DNA of 64,000 nucleotides. It comes from Dimorphilus gyrociliatus. Lineage: Eukaryota > Animalia > Annelida. The translations under genes were made by a program, and so were the position numbers. The notes below the pieces were generated by a model. It was given only the letters and a program-made list of their open reading frames with translations. It had not been told where the DNA came from and searched no databases. Below are positions 25,919 through 39,151 of this stretch, piece by piece (position 1 is the first letter of the stretch; the number at the start of each line of letters is the position of its first letter). The DNA lies in contig CAJFCJ010000010.1 of the NCBI GenBank assembly GCA_904063045.1, forward strand, positions 930,001-994,000, read 5' to 3'.

Positions 25919-27018
25919 TTACTTGTTATGAAAGTCTTCGTTATCTAATCTTCCTCTCTCCAACCTTAATGAACCCTGCCTAATAAGAAAAAGAAAAATA
26001 CCATTAAAAAGTACATATTCGTTTGTTTATTGGCTTAGTTAAGTTGATAATGAAGAAAATATCTTACAACAGTTCATTTGCAGTTTGTAATTCTTGAATC
26101 TTCTCCTGTGTTTTAGTCATCCATTCGTCGTATCTCGCTTGCCAGTTTAATTGAGTCTATTTAAAGATTTTAAAGTTGATTGTGTGATCAAATAGAAGTA
26201 TATTTAGAAGGTAAAAGTCTAAATATAAACCTCAGCCTTTATCTTTTTCACGTTTTCGCACCAGGTTGCCTCTTTTACACTTAATTCGTCGAATAATTCG
26301 GAAACTTTTTTCTAAGTGAACGAAACCAAAAGACTTAGTTTAGCTATAAAAACGTCTATTATCAATTAGTGTAGAGATTGATTAAAGACTAAAGAGATTA
26401 ATAACTTACAGTGAGATCTTCGTTTTCCAATTGTAAAGCAAATTTATCATCATTTAACTCTTTTATAATACCTTTTAACTTTCGAATCTCTTCTTCGTGA
26501 TTGCATTGAAATTTGGTTTCCTTATTTTGCTTTGAGAGATAATTTTCCCTTTCGATCTCTAAATCACTGATTTTACGATAAAGAACTGAAATCTCTTCTT
26601 CGTGGTTGCATTTATTGTTAAGCTTCTTATTTTGATTATCTTCTCCTCTTTCCAGAGAAGAGTTAGAAGTTGAGGAATTTCTTCTATAACAAACACAAAA
26701 TTCCATCTCTAAAGAACAAGCCCATTCAGAGAATGATTAAGCTAATAAGTATACCGTTGTATTCCGCATTGCACGTACTCCTTCTCTTTTCTAAGGACTG
26801 TTGTGTTTTTGGCTCTACGCAATTCATCCAATTTTCTCTTATACGATGTAATTTCAGATTCCATCTAGAGCAATAGATGGCGTTCAATATATTTTTAGTA
26901 TATGTAAAGAATTGGAGATTTTTAAGGTACGAACCTCTTTAACCTTGCCTCTCAAAAGGGCAACCTCGTTAGTAAGGGAAACTTCCTTTTCGGCCTTGCC
27001 TTTATATCTCGACATCAT
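25919..27018 (-). CDS. Coiled-coil protein of unknown function (6 exons)
   Basis: Phase-compatible exons: MMSRYKGKAEKEVSLTNEVALLRGKVKE | MESEITSYKRKLDELRRAK...IQR | RNSS...CNHEEEI...CNHEEEI...EDLT | KKVSELFDELSVKEATWCE... | TQLNWQARYDEWMTKTQEKIQELQTANELL | QGSLRLERGRLDNEDFHNK*. Heptad-like charge and hydrophobic pattern. Confidence 0.7.
26874..26884 (+). promoter_or_regulatory. CTCF-like motif TAGATGGCGTT (intron 1 of the coiled-coil gene)
   Basis: Direct reading. Confidence 0.45.
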
Positions 27019-27186
27019 TTAAATGATTTAAGCGACAATTTAGTCGTTTTACTCTCAAACATGAACCAGTCAATGGTCCGTACAAGCGGCTTGGAGACAA
27101 TCTTCATTATATTACGAATCGATAGTTGGCCAGCAATCAATAGGGAATAGTTAGGAGCGTTATAAAAATATAATAAATAATGCACT

Positions 27187-27198
27187 AACGCCATCTAG
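27187..27198 (-). promoter_or_regulatory. CTCF-like motif (AACGCCATCTAG on +) about 170 bp upstream of the coiled-coil gene ATG
   Basis: Direct reading. Confidence 0.5.
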
Positions 27199-27463
27199 TA
27201 TCAAAATGATGTATGAGCAATAGTTTATTTATTTTAATATAAGATTAAAAAATGATAATAATAATATAAAACTGTTCTAATTTCCAACTAAGAATCACAA
27301 TTATCTTCACTAAGAAACATATTTTTTTCATTTATAAATAATATCTATGATAGAAGGGAGTCGTTGTGTCAATATTGAGAAACGTTTAAGATGAGTTTCC
27401 TCTCATTGTATTTTGCCATAATAAATATCACTTCCTGAGACATCATCTGGTCCCTATCGTTGA

Positions 27464-30400
27464 TTACAAATCTCTAATTGAAAACTTCTTTTCTATTTTT
27501 TCACCCACAAGTAACTCTAATTGATCGTACGGTTGGGTAGTTGGATAACCGGTGATATTATATTCTCCGTTCGCTCTTAATCTATTATCCCTAATTACGT
27601 ACCAACCGCGATGCATATAGGGATTCAATTTAAAGTTGATAACGTTTAATTTCGAATGATTATCAATATTAAAATACAAATAGCCTGCTAAACCTCTGTA
27701 GTCTGAAGGATTTTTTATAGTTATATTTAATAGGCCTGGAATTGCTTTTATTACATTAAAGTCGAAATCTCTTGTAGGGGCTAGCATTGGAAACTTTTCA
27801 AAGTTCATTCCCAACTTAGCAATACCTTCTGTTGTAACGGCCCTCAGCGTTAAGTTCATTAGGCTATTTGGCCAATGATTTTTTATATCTAAGATAAAAT
27901 CATCTATTCCTTTTTGTGCCGCCGTCTTTTTGATCTCTCTAATCAATTTGCTATTTGTTTCATTATAATGGAAAACCGGATGAGTGTATCTCCTTTCATT
28001 GTATTTAGTCCATTCATCCAGAGAGAAACAAATTCTTTCGTATTCCTTATCATTGACTACGCTTATCCTTTTATGCATTTTTTTATGACAACGTGGGCAA
28101 TCGGCGAATTTGTTTATGGTAAGGTGATAAGCCTTAAGGAAGCCTTTAAAAACCTTTTCAGAGTCTTTATCCGAATAATATTTACTTATTAAGGGTATCC
28201 TTATTTTAGCGTATTTTTTACCATGCTCTTTTTCAGTAGTAGGTTGCAACTCCCAGTTAAAAGCTTTAAAGAAGTAAGTATGGGATATCCTCTTACCCCT
28301 ATTCCTAAATAATTCAACCCCATCGTTAACAAAATTTGTACATGCAGAGTTAACAACCCTCCATTCTATTTTTATAGGTTGAAATAGTTGAAAATATAAT
28401 GATACATTGTTTAGTTTGACTTTCCCATTATTAAGGGGAACGCTAAACTTAAAGTTTTTCTTTTCATTGATTGAATCCGTATCAATAAATTTGAACTGTA
28501 AAGAAGCCTTTTCAGAACAAAGATGAGATGGTATTGACCACGTAAGAAGAACTTGATCTGGTGTTAAAGAAGAGTAGATTTCCTTGTCACAAATGTTAAG
28601 CTTAAAGTTTAAATCTGTTTGGAGACAGTGGAACACGATATCATTTTTGTATATAAAATTATGATTAGAATGAAAACATAGTAGAACTAAATGGAAATTT
28701 ATTAACTTAAACTGCGTATTGCATAATTAATCCTTATTTTTCGGGCTTTTAGTTTCCGATTAGATTATACCTTTTCATTAATTTCATTCGCTTCATATTA
28801 TATCTTCTATGTCAGTAGATAAAAAGGAAACAAGGCAAGAAACGAAGAAGGTGTTTTAATGAGATAAAAATAGTGAAAAAAAACGACAGGCATCTAAAAG
28901 GTTCACTAAGAGGAATACGTTTTAAAAAGGTGTAAAGGTTTCGTAAGCCTTTTAATAGTAAATTATAGGCCGAATGGAATTAAGTCCGCAGGCGCCTTCT
29001 GAGCTCTTAGTACGTCGTAAATTATAAAATCTTTATATAGCTATATATCTATATGACACATCCATATACAGTAAACTGTATATTTATAAGAATAATGGAC
29101 AATAAGAGATTGAAAAGCGAAATTGTTCAATTAATTTTCTCGTTTTAAGTGTCAAAAATCTTGAAACAGCCATTCTCTTACAAGTAATGATATAATACAG
29201 AAACTTGAAGCTCTTACAGCGGACACTTGTTTGTAGAAAAGTATAAAGAAGTTTATTCTTAAAATAAAAGATTAAATAGCTATTATCTTCTTTTAAAGAC
29301 TGTTATAAAATATATACAATTGATTTATTCAGTTGGAAACATATAGCTGGTATTTACGTATATATCATCTTATGTATAATATATAATATCTTCCTACAAA
29401 TACTTGTTTATACAATGAAAACGAATACAAAAATCTAGTTTATTTGGATTCCTTTTACAGTCTTAAATCAATTTATAATTATAATTGAATGAAAATTATA
29501 TACATGTAATAGAAGGTTGTTTGATCTCAAATTATATCTTCAAGTTCTCTTATATTTATTGATCTTCTTATCATATTGTAATTGTTTTTTTTTTGTTCGT
29601 ATTTTCGTATATAGGTTGAAATAACCCTTTCCCCACCAATTATTAATAAACACTTCAAAATATTTCATTACAATCTATGGATTAGTTTGCTAAATCAAAG
29701 TGATGAAGCTGTACGTAGATATCTAGTTGACCTATATACTACTGTCACAACAATCCTTTCGTTACTGGTCTATTTAAACCATACTTTCCCCACTATTTAG
29801 ACTAGTTGAAATCATCGTCCTACTATAAGGATGTATAGGAAAGCGAATGCGTGAGTTAGTGAGCGAGCGAGTGAAAATGAGGTAGGAAAGGAGAGAGAGA
29901 GAAAGATAACAAAACTATTTATAAAATTGTCAAATTATCTATTAGGCCTATTCGGGGAAAATTAGATTTTCTTTATTTGTATAAATTTTATACAAATACG
30001 TGAAAGAAATGATTGAAAATATTTTACAAGATTGATGCTGTTTATAGGAAACAGAAAATAAAGTAAATAAATTAGTGGGAATTCTTTTCAATTATAATGC
30101 GTAACGTAAAGCGTAATTAGCCTTAATCCGGGTGTAATGGAGAAGCTGTGTTACCATACTTTGTTCCTGCCAAAACAGATATATAGAAATGGGACTTTAG
30201 GACACTGATCTGGAAAAAGATAAAAGAAGGAAAGAAAGAAAAAAAGAATCTTATTCTTCTTAGCTTTTTTCTTTGTTTGGAGAAAGAGACAATAACTTCC
30301 CAAATCGACTATATAAAAACTAATAAATCAAGAATCAGTATGTAATTTAAGTTATTTAAATGGTGCCAAAGTTAAATTTATAACTAACTCTAACTTAAAA

Positions 30401-30613
30401 CGGATATTTATTGTTTTTATGAAAACTTTTATAAAACTTTTATCAAAGAGCTTGAAACAAAGTTAATACAAAAACTTCTTATATTTCAAGGTGAAAAAAA
30501 AGCAGAGTGTATAAAAAAGGTACAAAGGTAAAAAGAAATGTTGGAGGAGGAGGAAGGGCAGAGAGAGAAAGAAGAAAATGAAAGAGAGTAAGAAATGGTA
30601 GAGGTATATACAG

Positions 30614-30658
<45 letters not shown>

Positions 30659-31063
30659 CGAGAGGAAGAAAGAAAGTTAAGGGAAAATAGAGAAGAGGAA
30701 AGGGGGTGAGGAGAAGTATAAATATGAAGGGAAAAAAGAAAACAAAGGATATATTTATACAAAAACTTTGTTTTAAATAATCGATACGAAAATGTTAAAA
30801 TAAACGAATTGGGGAGGTTAAATAAGACTAAAAGAAATAAACAATAAATGCATATATTACACATATGTATATATATGTAGATATAGCTGTATATTTTTCT
30901 ATATGAGTGCAAAGGATTGGTGTAACGTGAACGTTATACTTTCTTGCCTACATTGAGATAATGAATCCAAAAATGAAAAAAAAGAAAACTTACCTATTTT
31001 AGTAGAAATAATGACGATAAAATTGAATTTAAATATCAATAAGAAACCACTAAAATTCTTCAT
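27464..31063 (-). CDS. Orphan protein, about 430 aa, hydrophobic N-terminus (possibly secreted)
   Basis: The 390-codon open frame at 27464-28636 lacks its own ATG. Proposed exon 1, 30994-31063 (MKNFSGFLLIFKFNFIVIISTKI, donor AG|gtaagt), joins in phase 1 to the acceptor at 28686 (tttccatttag); total 1293 nt, in frame. No family recognised; weak FN3/Ig-like strands (QVLLTWSIP; YNITGYP). Confidence 0.55.
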
Positions 31064-33829
31064 TTTTTAATCTTCTTTTCACTCTTCCGAAAGTATTTAT
31101 TTTCATAAAAAATATGATGAAATTCTTTGTATATTTTCTCTCTTCTTTTTAATTTATTTCGTTTATAGAAATATAGAGAAACAAAATAAAACGTTGCAAA
31201 AAAATATATATAACTAAAAAGTATAAACGAAAATATAAAGTTCTGCAAAACGCTCTTCAGCTCCGCTTTATCCTGGGTATCCAGCCGTTCGAATAGCGAA
31301 AACCGTAAAGCCGCTTTGGCTATAATAGTTCGCACTTTTGTAGATGTTCTGTGTAGGCTTTGCCACACGCTTAAAAGGGGAATTGGAACCAGTCTATATA
31401 TCGAATTTTCTTTCTCTCCTTCTCTCTCTCCATCTCTCCCTTTGCTTGTCTGTCTATCTCACTCCCACTATTTCCCTCTGGTTCTTTTGTACTTCCGTCT
31501 CCTTCAACTGTACCAAATCTCATAATTATGTAATTTTAACCTTTGCTTATTTATTCTTTTTTCATCTAGCCAGTAAGAAGTAACACACTATTTAGAATCT
31601 GGTTCTCTCCAACAGAGAGCGCGCCTTTTTTCTATATTCAAAAAGACGAAAAGGCCTATCAATGCTAGTCTTGTGTTTACAGCTGCGGAAATTGATTTAA
31701 TATAGTGCAACATCTGATTAGTTTGTTTTAAGATTATTGGCTTTACCTATATTTTTTTCTTTATAGTATGAATTTCATAGTAAAGTAGAAAGATTAAAGC
31801 TAAAGGCTTTCCTGTTTATTATAAACAGGCAATTTTTCTTTCTCTTGTGGCAGCGAATTTGTTTAATTTCGTTTACGTTCTATAAATCTTCTTTTACTAT
31901 TTGAAATGGCCCGGAAAAACTTTCATACAAAATGAAAAATATCTTAACTACTTACCGCACGTGCATACATTAGCTATAAAAGAACAGATACCAATATACA
32001 GTATACACTTTTGATATATGTTATTAAAATTCGTAAATATATGATTTTTAATATAGAATTTTGATTGGAATATAGCAACAACAACGACAGAATAATATAG
32101 TGTCATGCTTCACCTATTGGAACAAATTGCACTTAAAGACTGTGAATTTAAAACGTTTAGTTTATATTATAATAGAAAGAAATTTAATTAACAAGTTATT
32201 TAACTTTTCTACGTTTTTATATTACAGTATAATATTCCATTTTTTTTTATTCTGCAAAAAAAGTCCTTGAAACGCCCATCTAGGCACGTTAAGTTTGGAG
32301 GTTTCCAATTTCAGTTTGTCATCTTGACAACTATGACTCCTTTTTTCCGCAAAAGGATACTCTATATCACATTAGACATGGTAGTTTATTTTGAAAAAAA
32401 TAAGTTTGCCTCACAACATAAATAAATAGAATTGGGAGAAAAGTTAGAAAAGGCGAAATATACTCATCAATGAAAGAAGAATAGACGGAAGAATCAATTA
32501 ATATGGAACAAATCAAAATGTTAAGCCGTATTTAACATACATCATTCCATATTTGGTAATCTCATAGGGCATAACAAAATGAATAAAAGAGGGAAAAAAA
32601 AGTGAAAACAACCTTTATTGAAGGTGTTAAATAGTTGAATGAAAAGCCCTGAGGTTATGTTATAGATTTCAGTAAAAGATTAACCCATTTATGTCAAGTC
32701 ACGCAATTAGTGCATAAAATTGCGGCATACGGTAAACTGCATCATGAATTATTACGGGTGAATCGCCTAAAGCTAATGAGTATCTTTTTTGTGTAACGTA
32801 CATCTTCTCTTTTACATAACGGGAATCTCTTCTTTGCTTCTCTGCTGTTTTTTCCAGGTATAAATATAGATTTCACATAAATTCAAAAACATTAAACATC
32901 TGTGTTGCATTTGAAAAAAAAGTACTAAGTACACAAAGTACGTTACGTAATATGCTCAAGCTTCTCTTTACACCGAATATTAAATACCTATAAATTTTAG
33001 CAAATGGTTAACTTAAGGAAAACTAAGTCTAAAGAAAACAGATTAAGTGGATTATTATGGAGAAAAGCATGATGTACAATTTGTTGTTGTATCTACAATT
33101 TAAATTGGTTTTAGTATAAAATACATTGAAAAACATTTTAAAGAACAGAGAAGTGATAAAAATAAAAAATTAGAGGATAATTTTTTTGGCAATCTTTCAA
33201 AATTTGTATTACGTACAACTTCCGGGCAGTAAACAAGATGGTATTTGCATAAAAAAAAATCCGCTAAATTTTCTTTCTTTTCTCTCTCTCTCTCTCCCTC
33301 TCTCTCTCTTTCTCTTTATACCGTTTTAATTTGGTCTAGTGAGCTACTGATTTTTTTCTTTTTTGTCCATTATTACGTTTTGTACCTATAAATAGATTTT
33401 ATAAGCATATGATTTTTTTCCCTCCTATACTATATTTTTATTGTAATAAGATCGATTAACCCTATATCAGTTGGGGTGAAGTTAGTAAACAAACTCTTAC
33501 AGAATATTGTCCAGATCAGATGCAGGTGTAGGAACCGATTTGCCAAAGAGCAAGTGGCTTTTGTCAGTTTTTATCCTACTGCAACTCAAAATAAACTTTT
33601 TCCTCCCTTTCTGAGTTTACTTGACAGATTCTTTAGTTCATTTAAACTTAACAGCTTTTTCTTTTTTATATGCAAATTTTTGGCATTATTTTTATTATGA
33701 ATTAAAATCGAAGAAAAAACTTTTATTGACTTTTTTTTTTATTAAAAAAAAAGATATTAACTTTTTTTACAATTAAAGAGAGAAAACAAGGAAGATTTTT
33801 TATTAAAAACTTTTAACTATCGTATATTA

Positions 33830-33840
33830 AGCGCCACCTA
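33830..33840 (-). promoter_or_regulatory. CTCF-like motif variant (AGCGCCACCTA on +)
   Basis: TAGGTGGCGCT on the minus strand; about 1.5 kb upstream of the C1q gene. Confidence 0.45.
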
Positions 33841-35368
33841 ACAACAAATTTTGCATTGAATAAACACTGCTAGAAACATTATGGAATCGTTGTACGTAGT
33901 AAAGTTAAATATGGGAGGTGAAATGGAGGAAATTGGTCATATTTAATGGAAATGTGACAGTGTCAAATAAAGTTTTATACAGAGAAAATCATAAGCTATT
34001 ATATAAGTTTATCATAGAAGGTGAAAAATGACAAGTTCTTCAGTGAACAATAACAATTTGAACAAGATTAGCTATTGGACAAATTGCAACCAATCACGAT
34101 AGGGCGTCGAACCGTCTATTTATGTTAGTTTCAAGACACGTCTCTTTCTAGCTGCTATATTTCGACTTTTTCACTGAAAAGTTGTGTAAGTAACATTTTC
34201 TTTAATCAAAAATTTTTTTATTTGAAAGATTTTCCAATTATTTCCTTTAATGAAAAAGCTTTCATTCTCTAATTCCCCCCCCCTATTTTTACTTTTAAAT
34301 CTCTTCTTTCATTCATCTTTTTTTCTGTAGTGTGTAAAAATTTTAAAGCATATACAATTATCTAACTATAAAGAATAGTTAAGTACAAATCAATCGATTA
34401 ATCGATCGATTGATTAATTAATTTATTTATTCATTCTATTAAAAAAGAAAATAGTTTATTAATTTCTGTTTTTAAAAAAAAAATATTAATAACAAAAAAA
34501 AAATGAAAATCGTTTTTGTTGAAAAATGTTGATTTGTTTAAAATAGGATATTCTTCTTTTCAATTACTCTTTCAAATATTTTCTGATACAGTAAAAGAGT
34601 GTTTTCATCTTAAAAACACTAAATAGGAAATTAATAGCTGTACATTTGAAAGCTGTACACAAATTACGTTTGCATACATAATGACCTTTGTAAATTAATC
34701 GATTTATATGAAAAATGTTGAATTTACATTAATTAGGCACTCTGATTGTTTTCATTTTTCATCAAAAGTTTCATTTTATTCTTCTCTCTTTTCTCTTCTC
34801 TTCTCTTCTCTTCTCTTTTCATGTAATCTATATTTATTTTATTTTAGTAAAAAAAAATATTTCCGCATAAATTAACAGTAAATAAATAAAAGCTTCGACG
34901 GTTACGCATGACAGAACATCTCAATTAGTTTGCCTTTTTTCTCCTTCTATTTACGTGATTACGTTCTATGTCGTTTTACCAATACATCAATACTTTCGGG
35001 AAAATTGCTTCACCCTATACAATTGATAAAAAGTAAACGGTTTGTCATTTCTGACGTATGTAGTCGGGAGGCAATATTTCTTGAGAAAAGGAGTAATGCC
35101 AAGGTCAATTCTAAGGAGACAAACCGAAAAATACGCGACATACTCTACGTCTTCACAAAAGAATTATTATCAATAGCTGACTGACTGGCCCGTATGAAAG
35201 AGTTGATGGGCTGAAGGGGAAATAGTGACGGTAAAATCGCTTAGTGCAGTAAACTAGGGAATCGAAGCTGCGTACTCGTCCGTCTTTCTTGTCGGAAAGT
35301 TTTTCTATAATTATAGTTATTGAATATAGGGCTATTTTTCTTCCTTCTAGATTAGCTTGGAAGAAAAT

Positions 35369-36759
35369 ATGCATTGGATTAGATTGATCTGTTCGATTAC
35401 CTTTATGATTACGCTACTGAGCGTCTCTGTACCAGTTGATGCAAGAAAGAAAAGAGACAAGGAAAAGAAGAAGCGCAAAGATTTGGTGGAAAACGGAAAA
35501 TGCCAATTACAGGTTGCATGCGAAGAATTCGGCGATTACTCAGTTAGAGTTCCAGTAAAGGGACCTAGAGGACCTCAAGGATTACCAGGAGAGAAGGGCA
35601 GTCGAGGTGAAGCTGGAAATCCAGGAAGTATCGGAACTCCAGGTAACACAACCTTTCATTTTTCATGTTAAATTGATGATCATTGATTTCTTTTATTGAT
35701 TTTTAATCGATCGTTCACACGCTGCTTGATTGCTTTCTCTTGTTGAAACGATTGATTGGCAAAGAGTATATTTTAACATTAGAAAGGTTTAAGGATGTTT
35801 ATGTGGAAAATTTAGTATATTATTCAATGTTTATTCCAACAATTATTTAATTATTGTCAATTTCCCAACCAACAATCTGCCAGAAACTTAAAACTTCAAT
35901 CTTTTGAAAATTTTTATATTTTAAAGTCATAATAGAATAATCTCTTTTTCGATAAATCACCCATTTTCATTACTTATTAAATATGAAAAAGTAGACGCCT
36001 TTATCAAAACCAAATCTCCATACAATATTAGGAAGTATTGTTATTCTATAAGCTCGATGCCATCAAAATTCATCGCTAGATATTGGTGAGAGTAGAAGCA
36101 GGGAGCCATTGGGTATTAAGCAATTCGTCCAACTCAAAGACCAATAAAACTACTAGATTACAACCATTTTAGGTTTAAAGTTAAGTCAGAATCGTCTATT
36201 AATTTTTACTTTATTCACCTCTATCTCTTGAAGAGCCTCTCATTTCAGTGATTTGACAAGTGACGCCTTAACTGTAATGCCTGCGGGGTAGAGCTTGTTC
36301 GCAAATGGGGATACCACTAGAGATAATTCTGCAGTAAATATTCTAGAAAAGATATAATCAAACGAATATTATAAAGTTTGTTTAGACAGCGTGTTTTGTC
36401 ATATCTTCTCCAAATAATTCAGTAATTTTAAGTAAATCCCTTAAAAGATTGTAAAGATACATCTGCTTTTTTTTCTTCAAAGAAAGAAAGATATATATTT
36501 ATATTGTAAGAGAGCGAGAGAGAGAGAGAGAAAGAGAGAAAGAAAGAGAGAAATATAGTGAGAGAAAGCACATTGGGAAGGAAAAAGTAAAGATAAACCA
36601 AGGGGAAAAAGCCAGAGAAGCAAGAAGGGAAAATGCTTTTCTTTTTATACGTCTTCCCTTTTAGCACCAACATGAATTTTTGAGAAGTTTCTTAGACTGT
36701 TTCATTAAATTTTTTACTACTAATTTTATATATAGATCTATATACTGCATATATATATA

Positions 36760-36802
<43 letters not shown>

Positions 36803-39151
36803 CTTGTATACTTATCACTACATTTACTTAAAAATTGGATCATTAATTATTCATAAACTATTTATATATAGTAAATTCTCTTCAAATAACGTAGTAAAGG
36901 TTCTGAACTTTCACACTAATATACTGGTACATTTAGAGTGTTGTACTCGTTCTAATTTATAGCTAATTGACAAATGTAGGCTTTACCTGTCAGCTAACTT
37001 GCCCTTGTCACGAAACAAGTAAAGTTAAGGGAAGAACGAAAACGATCAAGTAGATGCTTTCTGTGGCTGTAAATTTCTGGAATTGTTACAAGTTAAATAT
37101 CCCTTTTTGTCAGTATTTTTGAAAAAAACAGGGAAAATGGCGAATAATATTTCCTTACTCTTCACATTTTCATTTCCTTCTCTATTCTCTTTTGAAAAAC
37201 AAAATTGATTGGATTTGTGCTTGAAGGGGGAAAAAATAATGCTGTATGTATTCAACCTTACGACAGCGTCAAAAACATCGGTTCTTAATGGTTATTGAGG
37301 TTAAATAAGGTTCAGTAATTCTATTAAGGATGTCGTAAATGTTTTACGCGATAAGGAAATTTAGGTACAATTTTTTGGTTCGTTAAGCAAATTTAGTGAA
37401 AGGAAAAATTTCTATGTTTAGATGGAGAAAATGCAGAATGTAATCGTTTACCTTAACATATTCCTTCCTCTTTTCTTTTCCTCTTGATGAAATGAAATTA
37501 GAAGACTATTTCGTCAAAAAGATACATTTTCTACAAAATCTTTCTTATAGTAGCTTACGTAATTACGTAAATTTGCATAAATTTAAATAAGCCTTTACGA
37601 TATTCTGTGCAGAAATATTTTAATAGGAGAGAAAGTAATATAAATTTTATGTCCAGTAATGGATTTTTCTACTTAATTAATTAATGAAGTATAATAAGAG
37701 GAAAGGAATAAGACGGTAGAATAAATCAAATTTATTGTGTAATATATTTAATAAGCATCAAGATGTTAAAAAATGTAAGACTATACAGGAATAGTGATTT
37801 TCTTTTTAAAATATATCTAGGTATCCCTGCACCAGAAAGGAGAGCAGTCGCTTTTTATGCAGGACTAAGAATGAATGCTGGAAAAGAAGATGGGGGAAAA
37901 ACTGTAAAATTCGACAAAGTCATATCGAATATTGGTGATGCGTACGAACCTAATACAGGAAGATTTACAGCATTAGACGGTGGAGTCTATAAATTTGACG
38001 TAGTCATATCGGCCCAGGGTAGACATAAGGTAAGAAAAAAAACGACTTAAATTTTAAAATTCCGTCTCCAGACGCTCGATTTCTTTCGCATAACTTTTCG
38101 CCTGATCTCCCAGTAGGAATAGTCTTTTTTGTATCTATCATTTGCAGACTGTTTATTTAGACAAAATATATCTGCAAAACAATTCCTCTACATAACATCA
38201 GTAGCCAACTTAAGAGTGTCCTGCCAAAAAAAGGCGTCACACCCTTCTCCCCCTCCCCCCTCCTTTTTATGAATTGCTTTTATCTTAGAAAAAAAAACAA
38301 AAAGACGCTCAACGTGTTATATAGCTTTTAGTAACCTATTAGAAATGCTTTTAAACAAGCTGGAAAAAAAAAGCTATTAAATATCTCCGATAATTCGAGT
38401 CTAAAGTAAATAATATAAAAAGACGATTAAACTTGCTATTAATTCGATGTTTTTTAAAACTGTTTCATTCAACTGTTTGCCCCCTACTTCAATTTATTAA
38501 TCATACAAATTTTAATGACATTGTTTAAAAGTACTTGAAAGTACTGTATCGATTGTTCTTAATAATTTCACGATACTTGAAAAGATTTCTTTTTCTTTTT
38601 AATCAATATATAAATAAGTCGATAGACTAACAATTTCTTTTGTTTCTTATATAATTAAACAAACTAAAAATACTATGTCATTATGTAATAAAAGAAATCA
38701 AACGTTCTTGTAAAACTCTTCCTCCCTTTTCGATATTTTTTAATCCTTTTTAATTATTATCATTATTTCGCTTTCAGTCTTGGTATCTCTTTGTCTTTAT
38801 CCTTTCCTACCTCTCCCTGTCCCTCTCCCACCCTTTGGATAATATTATATTTTCTCTTTTCTTCTTTCTTCTTTTCCTATTAACGTTTCTCTTTACGTTT
38901 TCTTTTTTTAGGCTGCTGTTGACCTTTTAAAAAATGGAAAGAATATAGTCTCGATTTGGGCGGAAAGCATCCCCTACTGGTCAACTGCAAGTAACAACGC
39001 CATCTTGTATTTGAAACGAGGTGATTACGTGGAAGTGAGACTAAGAGAAAAAGCTCCTTACCTACACGGTTATATGTATTCGACGTTTAGTGGTCACATG
39101 TTGTACGAGAATAGTATCATTGATAAGGATATTATTGAAGCCAAGCTTTAA
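35369..39151 (+). CDS. Secreted C1q-domain protein with short collagen segment (C1QL/C1QTNF-like), 240 aa
   Basis: Exons 35369-35642, 37821-38029, 38912-39151 (723 nt). Signal MHWIRLICSITFMITLLSVSVPVDA; about 10 Gly-X-Y triplets; gC1q motifs VAFYAGL, VKFDKVISNIGDAYEPNTGRFTA, GVYKFDV, TASNNAILYLKRGDYVEV, YSTFSGHML. Confidence 0.93.
36761..36797. repeat. (AT)n microsatellite
   Basis: Direct reading. Confidence 0.95.

Noticed and set aside
27914-28192. 92-aa plus-strand ORF
   Set aside because: Antisense shadow of the long orphan frame.
37556-37571. Tandem TTACGTAA (PAR-bZIP-like) palindromes, and scattered single copies
   Set aside because: A few copies are expected by chance in 64 kb of AT-rich DNA; not clearly enriched.
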